Below, one piece after another: positions 57,505 to 64,000 of a stretch of DNA of 64,000 nt (positions are counted from its first letter, which is position 1; each line of letters begins with the position of its first letter). The DNA is taken from NCBI GenBank assembly GCA_002104905.1, contig MCFE01000316.1, positions 33,242 to 97,241 of the forward strand, given 5' to 3'. The translations under genes were made by a program, and so were the position numbers. Source of the stretch: Basidiobolus meristosporus CBS 931.73. Its lineage: Eukaryota > Fungi > Basidiobolomycota. The notes under the pieces were generated by a model. It saw only the letters and a program-made list of their open reading frames with translations, was not told the DNA's origin and did not search any database.

Positions 57505-57720
57505 GGTTAGGGTGTAGGTGTTATAGTAAGGGCTAGGAAAAGGTCAGAAGAGCAGGGGGTCTGGGGGACGCAGTCCCCTAGAGAATAAAAAAGCAGGGGG
57601 TCTGGGGGATGCAATCCCCCATACTGCTCCCATACTCTTTAAATTCCATTGGATTACTTTTCTCTCATTCTTGGTTCTGGTCCTTAGGGTTAGAATTCCT
57701 CCTCCTAACCCTTATCACCC
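57505..57720. other. Inter-element spacer with a telomeric seed, two GCA-triloop hairpin repeats and an inverted telomere unit
   Basis: AGCAGGGGGTCTGGGGGA(C/T)GCA(G/A)TCCCC at 57551 and 57592; AGGGTTAG (57686-93) and CTAACCCT (57705-12). Confidence 0.7.
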
Positions 57721-58085
57721 TTAGGGGAGGAAAGTCACCAAGTGGTGAAATCTTTATTTACTTATGACAAGTATCTAAAGAAGCCAAGTTAATCTAAAGT
57801 TATTCCTAGAAAGCTAGGTCTGAGAGATATCTTCCTGGTAAGCCAGGTCTAAGAGTTGAGAGGCTGAGTGGTACTATATTTCCTAGTTAGCTAGGTCTGA
57901 GAGAGGTTTCCTGGAAAGCCAGGCCTGAGAAGTGAGAATCTGAATATATCTGAGCTAAGTTATACTGGTTTGCGGTAGCTGAATTGTGGCCGGAATGGCC
58001 AGTAGACTGGGGGAACTGAGAGGAATATCTGGGCGATCACTGGCCAAATTTACTAGGCAAATCTGGCCAATTTGCATTTCAAGGA
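57721..58085 (-). mobile_element. Non-coding SINE-like telomeric element with four CCT(A/G)G-NNAG-C(T/C)AGG hairpins
   Basis: Carries the shared 3' signature next to TTAGGGG at 57721; no ORF; a second, truncated copy lies at 59069-59159. Confidence 0.75.
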
Positions 58086-59052
58086 TTTAGGGGGGGATGA
58101 TCATCACCAAAGGGTGAAATCTTTATTTAAATAATAAATAAAGAAGCCAAGTTTGAATATGAATATCTGAGATGCAGGAAGCCTACAAGATAAACTTGGA
58201 CTTTGCTGTATCCCAAATATCCTCAATATCAAAGTCTAGAGGAGAGTGTAGCAAGACTGCTTGCTCACTGTAGTATTTCTTGAGGAAATTTGTGACATGA
58301 AGGGAAGGAGAGTTTTTCAACAAGCTGGTAAATCTTTTGAGGAGTTCTTTTTCCAGAGAGAATGGCACAAAGAGTGGAATGTCCAAGTGATGTGCAAATA
58401 TGTGCTCTGAGAGCCCCCAATCCAGCATATTTTTGACTTCTTCTGTAAAATCTTCAACAATATCTTTGTCAAGAATAACTTCCAAGAGATCCCTGGCAAT
58501 GTACTGAATGTTAATAATCTTAGGCATATGAATACCTAGGTCCTTGAGGTAGTTTCTTTGTTCTGATATTGGGAGATACCCTGCATTTCTGAAATAGCAA
58601 ACAGCCCAGTTAGCAGTAGGAGGAGTATCAGGGCTGACAGGGAATCTTCTTCTGGCTTTAGAGTGCACTGGCTTAGGAGACTGTCTTGATGGAAGGGCAG
58701 CTGGTTATGGATGAGCTTGAAGTGCTTGAGAGTAGGTCTGAGTACAAGTAGTAGAAGTTCCTGGTTGCTGAGAATTTTCAGATTGACTGGATGAAGAGCT
58801 AATTGAGGGGTTGCAAGGTAAGGAAGAAGCTGAAAGAGAAGTGGAGAAGGCTGGGTGAAGTTCAGAAAGAGTTTTGAAAAGAATTTGGATCTGAGATTTC
58901 AACATTGAGTTTTCAGCTTCAAGAAGAGAAACTCTTTGTTCAAGGTAAGAAGTCTGTAAAGAGTGAAAGTTGGGTAAAGACATGGAAGTAATAAATAAGA
59001 AGAGTGGAGTAGTTGGGGTGGGAGAGTGGGAAAATTAGCAGGGAGAAGAGAA
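58086..59052 (-). mobile_element. ORF1-only telomeric element; ORF 58983->58183 interrupted by one in-frame TAA at 58705-58707
   Basis: Coiled coil (YLEQRVSLLEAENSML), S/T-rich linker, then WAVCYFRNAGYLPISEQRNYLKDLGIHMPKIINIQYIARDLLEVILDKDIVEDF..V...LDW, which aligns with the LINE ORF1 C-domain. Own 3' signature at 58091-58150; GGGTTAGGGTTAGGGG at its 5' side. Confidence 0.85.
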
Positions 59053-59068
59053 GGGTTAGGGTTAGGGG

Positions 59069-59159
59069 AGGAAAGTCACCAAGTGGTGAAATCTTTATTT
59101 ACTTATGACAAGTATCTAAAGAAGCCAAGTTAATCTGAAGTAATTCCTAGAAAGCTAGG
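59069..59159 (-). mobile_element. 3' ~90-bp fragment of the SINE-like element
   Basis: Nearly identical to 57728-57818; ends exactly at the first hairpin CCTAGAAAGCTAGG, where the LINE 3' end begins. Confidence 0.9.
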
Positions 59160-59217
59160 GGGGAGACAGTCACCAACAGGTGAAATCTTTATTTCAGTTG
59201 AAACAAAGAAGCCAGCG

Positions 59218-61986
59218 CTACTGTTGTAGCTTTGATACAAGAATGTGTAGCTGAGGGGAATTTGTAGGTAAGTTAATAAGAAGTGATGATAGTTCTTCAG
59301 TGCTCAAGACACTGTTCAGTGGGAAGGGGGGTAGCAAGAGAGGTAAGAATGACTTGTGAACAACATTAATGAGGGGAATGTGATAAGGATTGATATTCAT
59401 CATAAAGGGAGTGTGCTGCTGCAGATATTGCTGCCAAAGGTCTGTCAAGTACTTCAGGTAGGCCAGCTTGGGTTTTTCTGACTGCAGAATATAGTGAGCA
59501 AACTTCTTGACTTCAGGATCTCCAAGTATTGTTCTCCAGCAGGAGTCAGGTGTTGTGTGGTGTGTTCTCTTCCAGGCCTTAATCAGTGGGTTGTTGCAGT
59601 TGTGAAGTCTGAGGTATAATCTGGTTCTAAGGTAGAGAAGTCTGATCTTATAGGGCATAAACCCAAAAGCACCAAGAATAGCATGTCTGTAGGGGCATTC
59701 AGGCAAATGAGGCACCAAGGAGGTAATGCACCATACTGCAAACTTGTCAAGCTTAGTGCAGTCTCTAGAAGTAAGAGAGAGAAGTGGTAAGCCAAATTAC
59801 AGGACAGGGAAGACAAACTGCTTGAGTAGAAGGAGGCAGCTGGGAGCTGAAGTTGTAGGAGGAGTAACAGCCAGTAGCTTGTGGAGTGCCTGTCTTGCCA
59901 GGATAATTCTCTTCTTCAGGTGTGCTCCAGAGTCTAGTCCAGTAGGAAGGAAAGGAAAGCCAAGATATGTAGCAGAAACCTGAGCAGGTAGAGTGGAGTT
60001 CTCCAAGTTGATAGGAGAGCCCAAAGGTACTGTCTTTGTAATGGAAAGCTGGAGATTATTCTTCTGCAGATACTGGTTGATGGTCTGGGAGTCTTGTTGC
60101 ACATTGGAGGAGGATATTCTGATGTCATCAGCAAAGAGAGTAACCAGGCAGTCAGCTGAGAGTCTTGGGAAATCATTCAGGAAGATGGCAAACAGTATAG
60201 GACCAAGCACAGAACCTTGAACCACTCCATTAGGAACTGAGAACACAGCTGATTGCTCACTTGGGTGCAGAATTCTTGCTTGTGGATCCAGAAACAGAGA
60301 CCTGACAAGGAGGGTGAGAGAGGTACTGGAGAAGCATTGCAACTTGGACCAAAGCAGATTTCTGTCAACTGAATCAAAGGCCTTAGTAATATCAAACAGA
60401 ACAGAGGGATACTTGCACTGGAGAGCGTGATCTTGGCTAAGTATGACTGCATATTCCAAGGAGAGGCCAGGAACAAAGCCAAACTGTGCAGGATGAAATT
60501 TGAGGGAGTCAGAGTAGAGCTCCTGAGCAAGCAGAAGCTCAAACACCTTTCTGCAGGTGGGCAGCAGAGATATTGGCCTGTAGGAGCTAGGATCCAGGTG
60601 CTTTCCTTTACCCTTGTACAGTGGCAGAACATTTGCAAAGGACCATTCCTCAGGAGTAGAAAGCTGGGCTGAGCATTGCTGAAACAGTGGAAGCAGAAGT
60701 GCAGACATGGCCTTGGTACTAGTCTTCAGAAGCTCATAAGAGATTGTGTCCACACCTGGAGCAGTAGAGTTGGGAAGCCTCTTGAGCACATTATGGATTC
60801 TCCTTTGATCAAGTGCAAGTGGGATGGGCAGAGTCTTGAAGTCAGGATGAAAGCCAGGAGTTGAGTACTGCTTTGTAGAGAAGAAGATGTTAGCCAGCTG
60901 TTCTGTTGAAGGTAACTTCCTGGAAGAGGGCCTCATTGCCCTGTAGAGTCTTGATACTGTTCTTGTGATAGAGTTGGAAGATTGCAGAGGCAAGGAACTC
61001 ATAATATGATCCCAGAGCTGAGTATGCAGAGTGTGGTGAATTGCCTTGGAGTGGTGTATTGCTGTCAGGAGGAGTTTCTCTGTTTTTGGGTTAGGGAAAC
61101 TCAGGTAGCTTTGTTGCAGGGCTGAAACAATGGATTCCCATTTTCTTGAGGTAACAGCAGTAGTCTTGCATGGCAGTGAGAGGGAGGCAGACACCAGAAT
61201 CAGATGCTTCACAAAGAGCCAGGCATAGTTGAGATCATCTGGCAGAGAAAGTAGCAAACTGGCAAGCTTCAAGTAGTTCCCAAAGTCTTTCTTCTGATTC
61301 TTGGTTGCTTTGTGGGTGAGCACAGTAAGTTTTGGCAGCTTCTTCTTCACAACTGGTTGCATAGAAAGGGACCAGGCTGGATGGTCAGAGGCTCTCAAGG
61401 ATCCTAGCTCAGCTCCAGAGAATTGCTTAACTTCATTCACAAAGTAGAGGGCAGCAGCAGAAGGGCAGATCCAGTCAACACATCTTTTCTCAGATTGAGC
61501 ACCTAGTGCTAGCAGGTGGCTTTCTCTCAGGAAGTTCAGTAGGAATGTAGACCTTGGCTTCATTCTTGCAGTCAGAGTAGTCTTGTTCTCAGGATGGGGA
61601 ATGTTGAGATCTCCAAGCAAGATAACAGGTGTTGATATAGATTGTTGGTATTGCTGAACCTTCTGGCATATAACTTGCACTTCTTGAAGGGCAAGACTTG
61701 GAGGCAGATAGCAGAGCACCAGACTGATAGTTGGCAACTGGAGAGCAGCACAGTAAGGGGAGTAAAGAGGAACACAGAGCTGAGGAGTATTGATGGTAGA
61801 AGAGATGAAGCAGATAGAGGAGGTATTCTTTGTTCTAGGAGTAGAAAAGCAATATAGATTAGTCAAAAGTATAGAGGGTAGCTGGACATCAATCAAACAC
61901 AGGAGGGAAAATCTTGAAAGAAGTCTTTCTAGAGTTGGTCTTGATGGCTGTATGCTGTTGCAGTTAAGCAACAGAACTTCAGGTAG
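59218..61986 (-). CDS. LINE ORF2: APE-type endonuclease, reverse transcriptase and C-terminal region (no ATG start; in-frame TAA at 59797-59799)
   Basis: EN: LLLNCN, CYLPP, ILLGDLN, VDWI, SDH. RT: APGVDTI, VLPLYKGKG, SYRPISLL, QFGF, FDITKAFDSV, GVVQGSVLGP, LFADD, ATYLGFPF. The frame continues 193 codons past the TAA. Confidence 0.92.
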
Positions 61987-63495
61987 TCAGGCAGAGGTTG
62001 TAGCTTCTTCAGAGGCAGCATTGATAATGTGACCTGCAGAGTCCCAGAGCTCTTCAAATGGTGCATCACTTAAGTCAGCAAGGAGGGAAATGGCATGATT
62101 CTTGAGGAAGTATGCCACATCATAGGAGGGGGCTTGTCTCTTGATGGCAGCAAAGAAAGACAGAATGGCAACATGGGCTGGAGGCTTGTTGAACAGTAGA
62201 GAGTCAGAGGATTCAGATTCTTCAGGCACTATCTTGAAGTCAGTTTTCAGCCAGTTAAGGTTCTTCTCCACAAAGGTAACAAATGGGTCAGCAATGTTTT
62301 GGTCTAGGATAACCTCCAGAATCTTCCCTTTTCTCCAGGCCAGGTTGACAATTCTTGAGAGCTGAATATTGCATGCCTTGAGTGCTTTCCTGATGTTGGA
62401 AATGGGAGTCCAGGGAACTTGCTTCAAGTACACCACAGTCCAGGTAGAAGCTGGTGGTAGGTTTGCTGGGGGCTTGTAAGTCCTTCTGTGTTGCAATGGA
62501 GCTGCAGTAGTCAGATTGGAGTCCACATTCTCAGTAGAAGGTTTTCTTGATGTGTCTTGCTGAATAGTACTGGAGCTGGATGTGCTGATAATTCTTGCTA
62601 GAACCTTGCCTGCATAAGTCTGAGGTATAGCTGAGGTGACTGTAGAGGTGGTGGCAGCTGGTGCAGGTGGAGAGGCAGAGACTAAAGCAGGAACTGAGGT
62701 CACCTGGGAGAAGGCAGTGGAAGCAGGTTTTCTGGGAGGAACAGAGTTCACTATCCAGTTGTTCTGTAAAACACTGGAGTAGCTTTTCTGTGGAACAGGA
62801 TCTTGCTCTTGAACAGGAACAGAAGCAGGAGGCTGGGGCTGAGCAGTAGTGGTAAGGCAGTGGCACTCCAAGGAAGCTTTTTGCAAGGCATCTCTGGCAG
62901 TTTTCAGGGCAGTATTGGCTTCATTCTTGAGCTTCTTGCATTGGGCATCCAGTCTCTTGTTTTCAATTGCCAGGGCAGTATTGGCAGCCTCTAAATCAGC
63001 AATTCTCTTCTCAATTGCAAGGAATCTCTGAAGAAATGCATCAGTAGAAGTGCTGGCATCTGGGAGAGCAGTGGCAGGAATAGACTCCATTGACAGTGGG
63101 CTTCTTGGAGGCAAGGAAAGTGGACTGGCAGATTCAGGCACAAAAGGAGATATCCTGGCAGGAGGAGAAGGAGTATCCAAGGCAGTAACAGAGGCAATTC
63201 TTGTTGGTGAAGCAGCAGCAGGGGAGGCAAGCCTGTTCAGAAACTGGGCAGGAGAGAGTGCTTGAGGAGAGGGAGTCTTCAGCTTGCCAAGCATGTCTTC
63301 CATCAGAGTGATACCAATATTCCTGGTGCATTTGCAGAGAAAAGTAAGCTTCCTGAGTCTGCCAGCTCTTCCATTCCTTCTGATAGTTCCTTTGTTTCCA
63401 CAGTTGGGGCAAGAAATCTTCTTGACAGACTTGTCAAAGCAATCAAGAACCTTCCTTTCAGGTGTAGTGGGCTCCTGTTGAGGTTTTGGTGGCAT
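61987..63495 (-). CDS. LINE ORF1 (502 aa): N-terminal CxxC...CxC Zn-ribbon-like motif, coiled coil, low-complexity linker, conserved C-domain
   Basis: ATG at 63495; SCPNCGNKG...FLCKC; heptads RIADLEAANTALAIENKRL; WTVVYLKQVPWTPISNIRKALKACNIQLSRIVNLAWRKGKILEVILDQ. Confidence 0.88.
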   Translation of the reverse strand: MPPKPQQEPTTPERKVLDCFDKSVKKISCPNCGNKGTIRRNGRAGRLRKLTFLCKCTRNIGITLMEDMLGKLKTPSPQALSPAQFLNRLASPAAASPTRIASVTALDTPSPPARISPFVPESASPLSLPPRSPLSMESIPATALPDASTSTDAFLQRFLAIEKRIADLEAANTALAIENKRLDAQCKKLKNEANTALKTARDALQKASLECHCLTTTAQPQPPASVPVQEQDPVPQKSYSSVLQNNWIVNSVPPRKPASTAFSQVTSVPALVSASPPAPAATTSTVTSAIPQTYAGKVLARIISTSSSSTIQQDTSRKPSTENVDSNLTTAAPLQHRRTYKPPANLPPASTWTVVYLKQVPWTPISNIRKALKACNIQLSRIVNLAWRKGKILEVILDQNIADPFVTFVEKNLNWLKTDFKIVPEESESSDSLLFNKPPAHVAILSFFAAIKRQAPSYDVAYFLKNHAISLLADLSDAPFEELWDSAGHIINAASEEATTSA

Positions 63496-63782
63496 ATCCA
63501 GAGTTTCAGCTTCAAATTTCAATTTTTGAGATTTTTGGGTGATTTTTGATGGGCGGGATCAAAATTAGGGTTAGGGTTGCGCGCTGTGACTGCTTTTTAC
63601 GATCGCAAGGTCAGAACCTAGGAAAAAATAAAAATAGTTAGTAAAGGTGATTTAATGGATGGATGGATGGATTCGGAGTCAGATTCAATCAAAAAATCAA
63701 ATCGTTGACTAATTTAAAGAGGAAAAAATAAAAATAGTTAGTAAAGGTGATTTAATGGATGGATGGGAAAAAATAAAAATAG

Positions 63783-63806
63783 TTAGGGTTAGGGTTAGGG
63801 TTAGGG
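63783..63806 (+). repeat. (TTAGGG)4 telomeric tract; shorter tracts at 57504-57512, 57684-57693, 57721-57727, 58087-58096, 59053-59068 and 63565-63578
   Basis: Read directly; all G-rich on the + strand and located at or near element junctions. Confidence 0.95.
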
Positions 63807-64000
63807 GGAGGGAAAGTCACCAAGGTAGGTGAAATCTTTATTTGAATGCAGACAAGTCTAACTACAAATAAAGAAGCCAGCTGGGAATAGAAGATTCCCA
63901 AAGTAAACACTAAGTTGAATATGAATAAATCTAAGCTAAAGTTAAGGCAGTATCCCAGAGTACACTGGAGTTCAGGTTCATGGGGGAGTGAAGTAGATAA
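63807..64000 (-). mobile_element. 3' end of a further telomeric element family (runs off the window)
   Basis: GGAGGGAAAGTCACC-AAGGTA-GGTGAAATCTTTATTT...AAAGAAGCCAG signature followed by sequence not matching the other elements. Confidence 0.8.

Larger units (their letters stand above)
59158..63782 (-). mobile_element. Full-length telomere-associated non-LTR retrotransposon (ORF1 plus APE-endonuclease/RT); 5' boundary either ~63564 or ~63782
   Basis: 3' signature at 59158-59215; one long reading frame 63495->59218 with two internal stops; TTAGGG tracts at 63565-63578 and 63783-63806. Confidence 0.93.

Noticed and set aside
57682-57712. Telomerase RNA template (CTAACCCTAA on the minus strand)
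   Set aside because: It is simply 1.5 telomeric repeats inside the array, with no supporting telomerase RNA structure visible.
58091-58120. Hammerhead ribozyme in the terminal hairpin (stem followed by GAAA)
   Set aside because: The CTGANGA core is absent; only one copy has GATGA upstream and no stems I or III are evident.
58705-59799. TAA reassigned to Gln or Glu to explain the in-frame TAA codons
   Set aside because: Host genes in the window (CCT3, the Cu-ATPase, the CreC-like gene) terminate with TAA.
61087-61096. GGGTTAGGG inside ORF2
   Set aside because: It encodes FPNP in frame with no break in the ORF; probably chance.
55914-63522. Penelope-like (Coprina/Athena) identity for the telomeric element
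   Set aside because: ORF2 has an N-terminal APE-type endonuclease (GDLN, SDH) and LINE-type RT motifs, not a PLE RT.

Overview
Eukaryotic, intron-containing fungal DNA, probably from an early-diverging lineage (inference; no database check possible). The window has three zones. (1) 1-~9780 is a CpG-stripped pile of dead transposons: a CACTA/EnSpm transposase relic, a Ty1/copia gag with PBS and LTR, a Ty3/gypsy gag-pol relic, and five copies of a ~0.85-kb repeat that all end at the same point. (2) ~9790-55900 is a gene-dense block with normal CpG: a short XRN exoribonuclease, a J-domain protein, CCT3, a division-2 chitin synthase, glycerol kinase, a QTRT2-like TGT subunit, two intronless pyruvate kinases, an orphan membrane protein, an SPT23/MGA2-like factor, a CreC-like WD40 protein, SUB2, folylpolyglutamate synthase, a small secreted protein and a Cu P1B-ATPase. 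(3) 55914-64000 is the most interesting part: a head-to-tail chain of minus-strand retroelements separated by TTAGGG tracts, in the polarity expected at a chromosome end. It holds a full-length APE-RT LINE whose ORF1 and ORF2 share one frame separated only by TGA-CTA, a 5'-truncated copy of it, an ORF1-only (HeT-A-like) element, a non-coding hairpin-repeat SINE-like element, and the 3' end of a further family. All share one 3'-terminal signature (AATAAA, a TCACC/GGTGA hairpin and a C-run fused to CCCTAA), which suggests a telomere-targeting retroelement system with one autonomous RT and several dependents. Exon boundaries were read by eye and are approximate.
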